A program made the position numbers and the translations under genes. 64,000 bases of DNA from NCBI GenBank assembly GCA_043827085.1, contig JBDRPO010000016.1:42752-106751 (forward strand), in the 5' to 3' direction. The stretch is from a bacterium (GTDB taxonomy: Bacteria > Patescibacteriota > Microgenomatia > UBA1400 > UBA12108). Numbering within the stretch: position 1 is the first letter of the stretch; every line of letters starts with the position of its first letter. Positions 29,660 to 38,769 of the stretch are shown here, in pieces. The notes below the pieces were generated by a model, which worked only from the letters and a program-made list of their open reading frames with translations, was not told where the DNA came from and ran no database searches.

Positions 29660-30859
29660 ATGCAAAAACCATTTATCAAATCTCTTCTAGTTTTCCTTTT
29701 GTCTTTCCTCCTCTCTGGTAGCGCCAGTTACGCCATTACGACTTATCTCTACGCTCCTGAATCAGGTGGTCCCATGACTCCAGTTGCTACCCCTCCAATT
29801 GGCGGAGGATTAAATATCGATCCCTCTGCTCCCCGAACTTCAGAGTGTCCTATTAACGGTCAAATGTATACCTCCGCAGAAGCAAAAGTCTGGGAATCAC
29901 GCCGTCCCCTCTTTGTTATGATTGAAAACATGCCCGAGGCCAGACCTCAGTCAGGTCTTAACTCGGCCGATATTATCTACGAAGCCGTGGCCGAAGGGGG
30001 TGTTTCTCGCTTTGGCACTGTCTTTTATTGTGGTGTTGCTGCCCGCGACACAATCCTAGGCCCGGTCAGGAGTGCTCGTACCCACTTTGTTAATTTAGCT
30101 TCCGAGTATAACTATCCGCTCTACACCCACGTGGGCGGGGCCAACTGTGGCTCGAGCGACCCCAGGATCTGTGTCACCGACAAGCGCGTTCAAGCTCTCG
30201 AACAGATCAACCAATACGGCTGGGGTGGATCCAAGGGAAACGATCTCAACCAATTCTCGATAGGTTTTCCTACTTTTTGGCGTGACTACGAGCGCTTAGG
30301 AAAAACTGTGGCGACCGAGCACACCATGTACAGTAGCACCGAAAAACTCTGGAAATATGCTGCTGGGACTCGTGGCTGGACCAACAAGGCTCCAGACGGT
30401 AAATCAGAATGGAAAGATAAGTATGTTCCCTTCACTTTCAAAGACGATGCCAAAGAAAAGGGTAGTGTTGGAAAGATCTCCTTTGGATTCTGGGAGAGCT
30501 ACCACCAGTTTGACGTCGTCTGGACTTATGATTCTGGAAAGAACCTCTACACCCGCGAAAACGGCGGGGAAGTTCACAAAGACAGAGATGACGACTCGCA
30601 ACTCTCAACTAGAGTAGTAGTCGTGCAGTTTACCAAAGAGCTAGGGCCCCTGGACGAGTCCAAACACATGCTATATGAAGTGATCGGGACCGGCAAGGGC
30701 ATAGTCTTCCAGGATGGGACTGCGACCGAAGCTACCTGGACCAAGAAAGACCGTGAGGCCAAGACTGTCTGGACTGACGCGAAGGGTAAAAAGATCTCCT
30801 TCAACCGCGGCAAGATCATCTTCGAGATCCTTCCTCTCGACAACAAAGTTGAGTACTAA
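29660..30859 (+). CDS. DUF3048-like exported protein
   Basis: RP..VMIEN, ARPQSGL..ADIIYE..AEGGVSRF, GPVRSAR. Confidence 0.85.
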   Translation: MQKPFIKSLLVFLLSFLLSGSASYAITTYLYAPESGGPMTPVATPPIGGGLNIDPSAPRTSECPINGQMYTSAEAKVWESRRPLFVMIENMPEARPQSGLNSADIIYEAVAEGGVSRFGTVFYCGVAARDTILGPVRSARTHFVNLASEYNYPLYTHVGGANCGSSDPRICVTDKRVQALEQINQYGWGGSKGNDLNQFSIGFPTFWRDYERLGKTVATEHTMYSSTEKLWKYAAGTRGWTNKAPDGKSEWKDKYVPFTFKDDAKEKGSVGKISFGFWESYHQFDVVWTYDSGKNLYTRENGGEVHKDRDDDSQLSTRVVVVQFTKELGPLDESKHMLYEVIGTGKGIVFQDGTATEATWTKKDREAKTVWTDAKGKKISFNRGKIIFEILPLDNKVEY

Positions 30860-30910
30860 GCAAAGTCGTACACCTATTGTGTTCGAGTAGTTTTGTTGTA
30901 CACTATAGCT

Positions 30911-31492
30911 ATGGCTGGTCTGCAGGACTTCATTATTAGCAAAGTTCGCGTCAAACTCCTCGAAGTATTTTTAATTGATCCCGAGAGCATGTTTTACATC
31001 CGCGAGCTCACCCGGAAAATCGGGGAGGAAATCAACGCCGTCCGGCGCGAACTCATCCACATGCAAAGTGTCGGTATGGTGAAAGAAGAGAAGCGTGGTA
31101 ACCGCATCTACTATACCTTCAACAAAAACTACCTTTTTCACAAAGAACTCATGAGCATGATCGGTAAAACCACGGGGCTAGGACTTGCTCTTACCAAAGC
31201 TTCTCCCAAATTGGGGCGCCTCAAGTTTGCCATGGTCTCCGGCCGCTTTGTCCGCCACATGCCGCGGGCCAAAGACACCGTCGATCTCCTACTGGTTGGC
31301 GACCTCATCATGCCCCAGCTGACTGAGGTGGTGAAAGAACAAGAGGCCAAGTTAAGTCGTGAAATCAACTATACCGTCATGACCGAAGCAGAGCTCTTAT
31401 ACCGCAAAACCCACAACGATCCCTTTATCGGTCGCATCCTTGAAGCCTCACGCGTCATGATAGTGGGTGACGAAGAGGAACTCGTAGCATGA
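30911..31492 (+). CDS. Winged-helix protein with degenerate nucleotidyltransferase-like C-terminal domain
   Basis: FYIRELTR...EINAVRREL HTH; SG...VDLLLVG. Confidence 0.7.
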   Translation: MAGLQDFIISKVRVKLLEVFLIDPESMFYIRELTRKIGEEINAVRRELIHMQSVGMVKEEKRGNRIYYTFNKNYLFHKELMSMIGKTTGLGLALTKASPKLGRLKFAMVSGRFVRHMPRAKDTVDLLLVGDLIMPQLTEVVKEQEAKLSREINYTVMTEAELLYRKTHNDPFIGRILEASRVMIVGDEEELVA

Positions 31493-31668
31493 TCGGGACC
31501 AAAATTATTAAAATAGGCAACTCCAAAGGCATCATTATCCCGAGTGAAATCATCAAAGCTCTGTCGCTTGTTGAGGGAGACGAGGCCAAGCTCCACTACG
31601 ATCCAGTGTCTCAAGTCTTATCAGTTCAATTCCCCCACACTAAACAACTGAAATTAACCGATCGGTAA
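31489..31668 (+). CDS. AbrB/MazE/SpoVT family small DNA-binding protein (absent from the ORF track)
   Basis: Manual translation MIGTKIIKIGNSKGIIIPSEIIKALSLVEGDE..., 59 aa, ATGA overlap with the upstream gene. Confidence 0.8.
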   Translation: MIGTKIIKIGNSKGIIIPSEIIKALSLVEGDEAKLHYDPVSQVLSVQFPHTKQLKLTDR

Positions 31669-31699
31669 TTAAGATTATCCTGCTGTATACTATTCAAAT

Positions 31700-33124
31700 A
31701 TGCGTCTCCGACGAAATATCTTTCTTATCATTATCCTTGTAGCAACAGCCCTCGTAATCGACGCTCCCAAAAACTACCCCGTAAACTTCAATCTCTTTGG
31801 TAATAGCATCTCCTTTACGCTCTCGAGCCCCACCATCAACATCCGCAATTTTAAGCGTGATCTCAACATCAAACAGGGACTAGATCTGCAAGGTGGCACT
31901 GAAGTCACCCTCGCGCTCGATATGAAAGATCTGGCAGCTGCGGATCATCTGGACGCGCTCGACTCAGCCAAAGAAATCATTACCCGCCGAGTTGATCTCT
32001 ACGGCGTTGCCGAGCCAACCATTAAAACCGTGGTGAGTGACGACACCTACCGTATCCTCGTCGCTCTCCCCGGTGTCAGTAGTCCCGACGAAGCTTTGAG
32101 TTTGATTGGACAGACCGCCTCCCTCGACTTCCGCGAGCTCCCAGTTGCAACTGACGCGGCAACCTACGCCGACTTTCAGCTTACCGGCTTAACTGGCAAA
32201 GATTTAGAAAAGTCATCGGTTGGCTTTAGCTCCCAAAACGGCAAACCCGAGATCAATCTCCAGTTTACAGAGGAGGGGGGGAAGAAATTCGGCGAAATCA
32301 CAGGGCGTAACGTCGGCAAACCCCTCGCCATCTTTCTCGACGGCATACCCCTGACTACCCCTACCGTCCAACAAGCGATCACCGACGGCCGCGCCGTCAT
32401 TAACGGTATCTATACAGTTGAAGAAGCCAAGAACATGGTAATCACCCTCAATGCCGGTGCTCTGCCTGTCCCGATCGAAATCATCCAGCAACAAAATATT
32501 GCCCCGACCTTAGGGGCATCAAGCGTCCAAAGTAGTCTCAAAGCCGGAGCAGTCGGCTTGGGACTCGTCGCACTCTTTATGATCATGAACTACGGCGCCC
32601 TTGGCGCGATCGCCGACATTGGTCTCGTGATTTACGGTCTCCTGACGCTCGCAGTCTACAAATTTGTCCAGATTACGATCACCCTTCCCGGCCTCGCCGG
32701 CTTTATCCTCTCGATCGGCATGGCTGTCGATAGCAATATCCTCGTTTTTGAACGCATGAAAGAAGAAAGCCGCAAAGGGAATGATTGGCTTGGGAGCATG
32801 GAGCTCGGATTTGGCAAAGCTTGGGACTCCATCAAAGATGCCAACGTCGCGACCTTGATCACAACCTTCGTCCTTTTCAATCCTTTTGACTGGACTTTCC
32901 TCAATAGCTCCGGCATGGTCCGTGGCTTCGCCCTCACTCTTTTTCTTGGCATCGTTATCTCGCTCTTCACCGGAATATTTGTTACTCGCAACCTGCTCCG
33001 AGCTCTGACGGCCTCCAAAGGGTCTGACCCTAAAGGACGATCCCACCCCGCAGACTCAAAGGCGGGAAGGTCAGACCCTAAAGGTATTTTCAACGAAAGG
33101 ACAGACCTCCATGGAATCAAATAA
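31700..33124 (+). CDS. secD: Protein translocase subunit SecD
   Basis: GLDLQGG, GALPVP, IGMAVDSNILVFER. Confidence 0.97.
   Translation: MRLRRNIFLIIILVATALVIDAPKNYPVNFNLFGNSISFTLSSPTINIRNFKRDLNIKQGLDLQGGTEVTLALDMKDLAAADHLDALDSAKEIITRRVDLYGVAEPTIKTVVSDDTYRILVALPGVSSPDEALSLIGQTASLDFRELPVATDAATYADFQLTGLTGKDLEKSSVGFSSQNGKPEINLQFTEEGGKKFGEITGRNVGKPLAIFLDGIPLTTPTVQQAITDGRAVINGIYTVEEAKNMVITLNAGALPVPIEIIQQQNIAPTLGASSVQSSLKAGAVGLGLVALFMIMNYGALGAIADIGLVIYGLLTLAVYKFVQITITLPGLAGFILSIGMAVDSNILVFERMKEESRKGNDWLGSMELGFGKAWDSIKDANVATLITTFVLFNPFDWTFLNSSGMVRGFALTLFLGIVISLFTGIFVTRNLLRALTASKGSDPKGRSHPADSKAGRSDPKGIFNERTDLHGIK
33019..33079. repeat. GGTCTGACC doublet element, copy 3, inside the secD 3' end
   Basis: AGGGTCTGACCCT...AAGGTCAGACCCT; a degenerate third half-site AGGACAGACCT at 33098. 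Confidence 0.85.
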
Positions 33125-33995
33125 ACTTCGCATTCTCCAACCCATGAAGTACTGGTGGCTCTACTTTACGATCTCTCTCTCCGTGATTATCCCAGGGACT
33201 TACTCCCTCGTCACTTACGGCCTCAAGCCCTCCATCGATTTCACTGGTGGTTCGACCATCGTCTGGACTACTTCAGTTGAAGAAAGTACACTGCGCGATT
33301 TGGCGAAGACTGAGAGTATCGACATCCGCGAAATGGGGAAAGTTAGTGGTGTCTGGACTATCACAACTTCACCTCTGGGCAAAGATCTTTATCAAACCTA
33401 CAAAACCAAAGTGGCCGATATAGGGAGTGTTGTTGAACAACAGTTCAACACCGTAGGTCCTGCCTTGGGGAGTGAACTCATCAACAAAACTATTTATGCG
33501 GTCGTCCTTGCCGCTTCACTCATTTTGTTCTATGTCGCCTACCGTTTCCAAAACATCAAGTTTGGGGTCTCAGCGATCCTTGCCATGCTTCACGACTCAC
33601 TGGTTCTCTTAGGGGTCTTCTCTCTTCTCGGGCATTTTATGGGGATCGAGGTAGACACGCTCTACGTCACAGCTCTCTTGACCATCCTCAGTTTCTCCGT
33701 CCACGATACAATTGTTGTCTACGACCGTATCCGCGAACTCAAGAAAAAATATGGCTATCTTGATTTCAAAGAAATCGTCAACCGCGCCGTTGTGGAAACC
33801 ATGGGCAGGAGTATCAACAATAGTCTCACAATTATCTTCATGCTTCTAGCTATGTATATGCTAGGCGGTGAAACCACACGCTGGTTTATCTTTGCGCTCC
33901 TTGTGGGCACCGTCTCCGGCACCTACAGCTCCACCTTTACCGCTGCCCCGATCCTTATCGTCTGGGAAAAACTAGCTAAAAAACGCCTTGGGTAG
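33111..33995 (+). CDS. secF: Protein translocase subunit SecF
   Basis: IDFTGG, VGPALG, HDTIVVYDRIRE, GTYSS. Confidence 0.97.
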   Translation: MESNKLRILQPMKYWWLYFTISLSVIIPGTYSLVTYGLKPSIDFTGGSTIVWTTSVEESTLRDLAKTESIDIREMGKVSGVWTITTSPLGKDLYQTYKTKVADIGSVVEQQFNTVGPALGSELINKTIYAVVLAASLILFYVAYRFQNIKFGVSAILAMLHDSLVLLGVFSLLGHFMGIEVDTLYVTALLTILSFSVHDTIVVYDRIRELKKKYGYLDFKEIVNRAVVETMGRSINNSLTIIFMLLAMYMLGGETTRWFIFALLVGTVSGTYSSTFTAAPILIVWEKLAKKRLG

Positions 33996-34288
33996 GCATA
34001 AGCCAGATTCTGTTTTTAAGACGATCATTTCTCTAATGCCCGCAAACTTTAGGACTCGCCCGCCTGCAACGCTTGCGCGTAGCAATGCGGGCAGGGGAGT
34101 GCACCCATCATCCAATTCGTCGGTTGCAGCAGGGAGGATTGCCCGTTTCACCCGAACTAAATCGGTTCGTCACTGTTGCTCTAAACTAGCGGTTACCCGT
34201 CATAGCTTACGCTACGCACCTCGCACTCTGCTGTCTGGACTTTCCTGACTCGGCTTTCACCTCGCCCGATCATCCACCTACCCAAGGC
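33985..34288 (-). ncRNA. rnpB: RNase P RNA
   Basis: Minus strand: AGGAAAGTCCAGAC and ACAGAATCTGGCTTA (P4); P1 GCCTTGGGTAGG/CCTACCCAAGGC; TGtTATAAT promoter at 34295-34303. Confidence 0.93.
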
Positions 34289-34323
34289 AAGAAGATTATA
34301 ACATTTAAGGGTATAATTTCCCT

Positions 34324-35175
34324 ATGTCATGGTTTTTTCTCGTTACCATCTCGGTGATTTTCTACTCTCTATCAACAATTGTTCAACGCAAAATGATGGC
34401 GCAGGACAAAAGTGATCCGGTGGCCTCAATGATAATTTTCCAGTTTGTCGTAACCATTATTCTGTTTTTCTATACGTTGCTATTTGGTACAGGTTGGCCT
34501 GAAATCATGAAAGTTTGGCCATTTTTATTACTCAATGGTGCATTAGTTGCAATAGCTAGTTTATCCATGTTTCAAGCTACAAAATACACTCAAGCAGGGG
34601 AATACACAATTATTTCTACATTCTCCGCCTTCATTAACCTTTTTGTTGTCACACTATTTCTCCACGAAACACTAACTATTTCAAAAATATTTGGCACCAT
34701 TCTGATAGTTCTCAGTATATTTATCATCACTGGTTTTGCAAAAAATAAAATCACCTGGCACAAAGGCCATCTCTACACCCTCCTTTCTGCAACGGCTTTC
34801 GGCGCAGTTTTTGCCAGCGAGTCATACGTCGCCAGCCAAATAGGTGTAACTCAAGACCTATTAATTGCTTTCTTCTTGCCAGGACTATTTGTCCTAATGT
34901 TCAAACCAAAAGCTCTTAGTCAAATTAAAAGTCTACTTAATAGAGACTATTTATCTAAGATAATGTCATATTCACTACTATACTTATTAGGCGCGGTTAC
35001 CATCTTTGCTGCATATACCCACGGAGGAGATGCTGGGAAAATTTACGGTATCAGCAACTCTTCGGTCATTGTCACAGTAATTTTAGCAGCAATCTTCCTA
35101 GGCGAAAAAGACAGGCCAATCAGAAAATTTCTCGCCACAATAGCAGCCTTTGGTGGTATCTTGCTACTACGCTAG
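34324..35175 (+). CDS. EamA/DMT family transporter
   Basis: About 10 TM segments in two repeats; LFLHE and IFLGE motifs. Confidence 0.88.
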   Translation: MSWFFLVTISVIFYSLSTIVQRKMMAQDKSDPVASMIIFQFVVTIILFFYTLLFGTGWPEIMKVWPFLLLNGALVAIASLSMFQATKYTQAGEYTIISTFSAFINLFVVTLFLHETLTISKIFGTILIVLSIFIITGFAKNKITWHKGHLYTLLSATAFGAVFASESYVASQIGVTQDLLIAFFLPGLFVLMFKPKALSQIKSLLNRDYLSKIMSYSLLYLLGAVTIFAAYTHGGDAGKIYGISNSSVIVTVILAAIFLGEKDRPIRKFLATIAAFGGILLLR

Positions 35176-36534
35176 CTCTTTTACTCTTTTCTCCAGATAT
35201 TCTTTCGTATTTTTCGCGCTGTCGTCCAGGATTTCTTCAAACAAAGTATTAAGGATTTCTCCCACGCGGCGGGAAGGGGGGATGCCCAAGATTTTCATGA
35301 CCTCCGCACCATTTATGTTTAGATCTTTGAGTGATAACGGCTCGTAGAACTGCTCGCCGATCCTCTTCTGTAGCTCCGTCAGTCGCCAGCTGGTAGCTTT
35401 GCTTCCTCCTCCAATCCGGTCGCCGACTCTGAGGGCCATCATATCGTGGATATTCTCTTTTCCCACCCGGCGGATAAACCGACGGATCGAGGCATCCGTC
35501 ATCTTGGACTCATACACAAACATATGCCAGCGCACGAGTGTAAACACTCGGTCCTGATCTTTCTTCGAAAGCTTGAGTCGCTCCGCAATCCGCTTGGCAG
35601 TGCGTGCTCCCGATACCTCGTGATTGTAGAAAGTTACCCCTCGCTCACCCCCAGATTTCGACACTACTGGCTTGTCCACGTCGTGGAGCAAGGTAGCGAG
35701 TCTCACCACCGGATCAGGCGATGGGCAAGCCCGCAAAGCCTCGATCGAGTGGGTAAAAACGTCATAGATATGGTGACCACCTTGCTTGACCGCTTTAGTC
35801 ATCAAAAGTTCTGGGATGAGTATCTCCATAATCCCGGTATTGACCATGAGTTGCACCCCGTCAGCCGCGTGCTCGGTCGCCAGGAGCTTCATCACCTCCG
35901 CCCCCGTCCTCTCAGAAGATATTTCTTTGAGATTAGGTACTTTTTCTTTTAATGCGGTAAGCGTCTTCTCCTCGATAGTAAATCCGAGTTGGGCCGCAAT
36001 CCGGATCGCTCGCATGATGCGCAGAGCATCTTCCTCAAATCGCTCACTTGGAGTTCCAACCGCTTTAATTACCTTATTCTTGATATCTTTTTGTCCCCCG
36101 TACGGATCCACTAGTTTACCCTTAGCATTCATCGCGATGGCGTTAATAGTAAAGTCACGACGCTTCAAATCCTCTTTTACCGTTTTCCCCCACACCACAA
36201 TATCTGGTCTCCGTTTGTCCGAGTATCCCGACTCCGATCGGTAGGTTGTAATGTCGTATAACTCCTCGCATTTGATCTCGCCTTCTTTTAGGTTAAACTG
36301 TTCGCGGATATGTTTCCCCGCTACCTTCACCGTCCCAAACTCATTGTCGTAAAAGCACTCATCAAACAAGGGTTGGATTTGCTCGGGCGTTGCCGAAGTC
36401 GTCACATCCCAGTCGTAGGCAGGGATCCCGAGTAAGAGGTCTCGTACCGCTCCTCCGACCATCCACGCCTCGTATCCTTTCGCTTCCAATGCCTCAATAA
36501 TTTTGACTACCCCAGGATCAAACTTGAACTTCAT
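35167..36534 (-). CDS. cca: CCA-adding tRNA nucleotidyltransferase with HD domain
   Basis: VGGAVRD, DWD, RRDFTINA, EDALRIMRA, LLHD. Confidence 0.92.
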   Translation of the reverse strand: MKFKFDPGVVKIIEALEAKGYEAWMVGGAVRDLLLGIPAYDWDVTTSATPEQIQPLFDECFYDNEFGTVKVAGKHIREQFNLKEGEIKCEELYDITTYRSESGYSDKRRPDIVVWGKTVKEDLKRRDFTINAIAMNAKGKLVDPYGGQKDIKNKVIKAVGTPSERFEEDALRIMRAIRIAAQLGFTIEEKTLTALKEKVPNLKEISSERTGAEVMKLLATEHAADGVQLMVNTGIMEILIPELLMTKAVKQGGHHIYDVFTHSIEALRACPSPDPVVRLATLLHDVDKPVVSKSGGERGVTFYNHEVSGARTAKRIAERLKLSKKDQDRVFTLVRWHMFVYESKMTDASIRRFIRRVGKENIHDMMALRVGDRIGGGSKATSWRLTELQKRIGEQFYEPLSLKDLNINGAEVMKILGIPPSRRVGEILNTLFEEILDDSAKNTKEYLEKRVKELA

Positions 36535-36588
36535 AAAGCTAGTCTACCACAGGGGAAGTGATGTATCATGTAGTTATATTTAGGATAT

Positions 36589-36613
36589 ATTCCGTTGAAT
36601 CGATAGATCGGAA
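36589..36613. repeat. 25-bp direct repeat, left copy
   Basis: ATTCCGTTGAATCGATAGATCGGAA, identical to 37072-37096. Confidence 0.93.
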
Positions 36614-36619
36614 CAAATT

Positions 36620-37072
36620 ATGACACAAGTATCTAAACATAAACTCCAGCCAGAAATGACGACATTAATTTATGGTGAATTTTGTGGCTTTCTTTCCAAA
36701 ATCGATTCAAATAGTGGTGTAAGTCAATTTCTCGACGATTTTCTCACTTCCACGGAGAAAATAATGCTAAGTAAAAGATTTATGATCATGGTTTTCCTCA
36801 TGCGAGGCCATTCTGTCGAACATATTAAAAACACCCTACATGTTAGCAATTCAGCAGTCATGAGTGTGAATAGTTGGTTTAAAAACGCCAGCTCCACGAC
36901 TAAACAATCTCTAATTCGACTTAATCAAGAGAAAAATTTGGAAAAGCTTTTTGATCAAGTAGAGTCAATACTCGATAAGCTACCACCTGGAAAATATCGC
37001 GACTGGCACAAAGTGGGCAAAGAAAAATTTGCTCGTCTGAAAACTCGTCAATTAATAGATCGATTACGTTAA
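36620..37072 (+). CDS. TrpR/YerC-YecD-like HTH protein
   Basis: MTQVSK, FL.DFLT.TEKIMLSKR, S..HI..TLHVS.S.V pattern. Confidence 0.8.
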   Translation: MTQVSKHKLQPEMTTLIYGEFCGFLSKIDSNSGVSQFLDDFLTSTEKIMLSKRFMIMVFLMRGHSVEHIKNTLHVSNSAVMSVNSWFKNASSTTKQSLIRLNQEKNLEKLFDQVESILDKLPPGKYRDWHKVGKEKFARLKTRQLIDRLR

Positions 37073-37096
37073 TTCCGTTGAATCGATAGATCGGAA
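37072..37096. repeat. 25-bp direct repeat, right copy
   Basis: Identical to 36589-36613; fills the whole gap to recJ. Confidence 0.93.
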
Positions 37097-38769
37097 TGAA
37101 ATATATGACTGACATAAAAGTTAAAACAAAAGTATATGTCGATGCCTCAGCCGAGGAGATTTTTCAAGCAATCCTTGAAAGTAGGGGATATAAAACCACA
37201 AGCGAGCAGGAAGCATTCTTAAATCCTTCCGCGCCCACTCTCGATTTACTCCTTGGGCAGTCCGGTCTCAAAAAAACTACTCTCAAAAAAGCCAAAGCGA
37301 TTCTCGACTCTCATTTGAAAAGTAACCATGATATCTGCGTTTTCGGTGACTACGACGCTGACGGCGTGACCGCCACGGCTATTATGTGGCAAGCCGTCTC
37401 GGCTTACGCCAAAGTCCAAGAATCAAAGTCGCACGTCCTCCCCTTTATCCCCGATCGTCATCGCCACGGCTATGGCTTAGGTGACAAAGCAGTGGCCGAA
37501 GTTATTGGTGGTGAAGCCTTTCGCACCACTCAATTTCAAGGTTTTGCCCCCAAACTCATCGTGACGGTTGATACCGGCATTGTGGCGCACGTTGGCATCA
37601 AGTCTTTTGTAAATGCCAAAATTGATGTGATCGTCACTGATCACCACCAGCCCGAAGAGAAGCTCCCTCCCGCTAGCTGTATTGTTTATACGCTCGCGAC
37701 CAGTGGTGCCGGCTTGGCTTGGATCTTTTCGATGTATCTCCTCGGGAGTCCCGCAGGGAAACTTCTCGATTTAGCCACTATCGGGGTGATTGCCGACATG
37801 ATGCCCCTGACCGGCCTCAACCGCTCGATAATCGCGCGTGGCTTGGACGCTCTCTCTCACACCTTGAGACCCGGCCTCCTCGCTATGAAAAAAGCCATGG
37901 GGATAGGGGAAAAGGATCTCTCCACTTATGACATCAGCTTTGGTATCGCCCCGCGTCTCAATGCCGCGGGTCGGATCTACAATCCGCTCGATGCTCTCCG
38001 GCTCATGTGCACGAGCGACAAAAATCTGGCAACTGAACTAGCCGGGAAAATCGAATCACACAATCGCGATCGCCAAGAATATACTGACCATGCCCTCCGC
38101 CTCGCGGCTAGTTACACTGCCGCTCATAAAATAATCATCGTCTCGGGTGACTACCATGAAGGTGTGATTGGGCTAGTGGCCGGCAAGCTCACTGAAATAT
38201 ATCACCGTCCCGCCATCGTGATGAGTGACAACGGCGAAGTAGTAAAAGGCTCAGCCCGCTCTGTATCGGGTATAAATATCACCGAGCTTTTACGCTCACT
38301 AAAAACTCCATTTCTTGGCTTAGGTGGTCACGAGCAGGCGGCTGGATTTAACTTGGCTCGCAACAAAGTTACCGGCTTTACCAAAGAACTTAAAACTCTC
38401 GCCGATCGAGAGATCAAGGACACTCTACTCATCAAAAGTGAGTCCGCTGATCTCACGCTCCCCCTTAAATCTACTTCCCTCAAGTTAGCCAAGATGTTAT
38501 CTACTCTTGAGCCAATCGGCATCGGCAACCCCAAACCCAAATTTATTCTTTATGACTTAAATGTGCTGGAAGACCGCGAGCTTGGGGCTGGTGGCAAGCA
38601 CCACAAACTCACAGTGGAGCAAGGTGGGGCGACCCGTGAACTCCTTATGTTTAATACCGTTCATTCCCATCCTCTCGATCATATAAGCACACTAATTTGT
38701 ACACTCGACGTCAATGTTTGGCGAGACCGCGAATCGCTTCAACTCATAGGTAGTTATGTGGAAAATTAA
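37096..38769 (+). CDS. recJ: ssDNA-specific exonuclease RecJ
   Basis: GDYDADG, TVDTG, TDHH, PRLNAAGR, GSARS, GGHEQAAG. Confidence 0.95.
   Translation: MKYMTDIKVKTKVYVDASAEEIFQAILESRGYKTTSEQEAFLNPSAPTLDLLLGQSGLKKTTLKKAKAILDSHLKSNHDICVFGDYDADGVTATAIMWQAVSAYAKVQESKSHVLPFIPDRHRHGYGLGDKAVAEVIGGEAFRTTQFQGFAPKLIVTVDTGIVAHVGIKSFVNAKIDVIVTDHHQPEEKLPPASCIVYTLATSGAGLAWIFSMYLLGSPAGKLLDLATIGVIADMMPLTGLNRSIIARGLDALSHTLRPGLLAMKKAMGIGEKDLSTYDISFGIAPRLNAAGRIYNPLDALRLMCTSDKNLATELAGKIESHNRDRQEYTDHALRLAASYTAAHKIIIVSGDYHEGVIGLVAGKLTEIYHRPAIVMSDNGEVVKGSARSVSGINITELLRSLKTPFLGLGGHEQAAGFNLARNKVTGFTKELKTLADREIKDTLLIKSESADLTLPLKSTSLKLAKMLSTLEPIGIGNPKPKFILYDLNVLEDRELGAGGKHHKLTVEQGGATRELLMFNTVHSHPLDHISTLICTLDVNVWRDRESLQLIGSYVEN

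Noticed and set aside
33988-34248. 86-aa plus-strand ORF after secF
   Set aside because: It is the antisense strand of the RNase P RNA gene
36589-37096. 25-bp repeats as a CRISPR or IS ends
   Set aside because: Only two copies, 458 bp apart, in direct orientation, enclosing an HTH gene rather than a transposase
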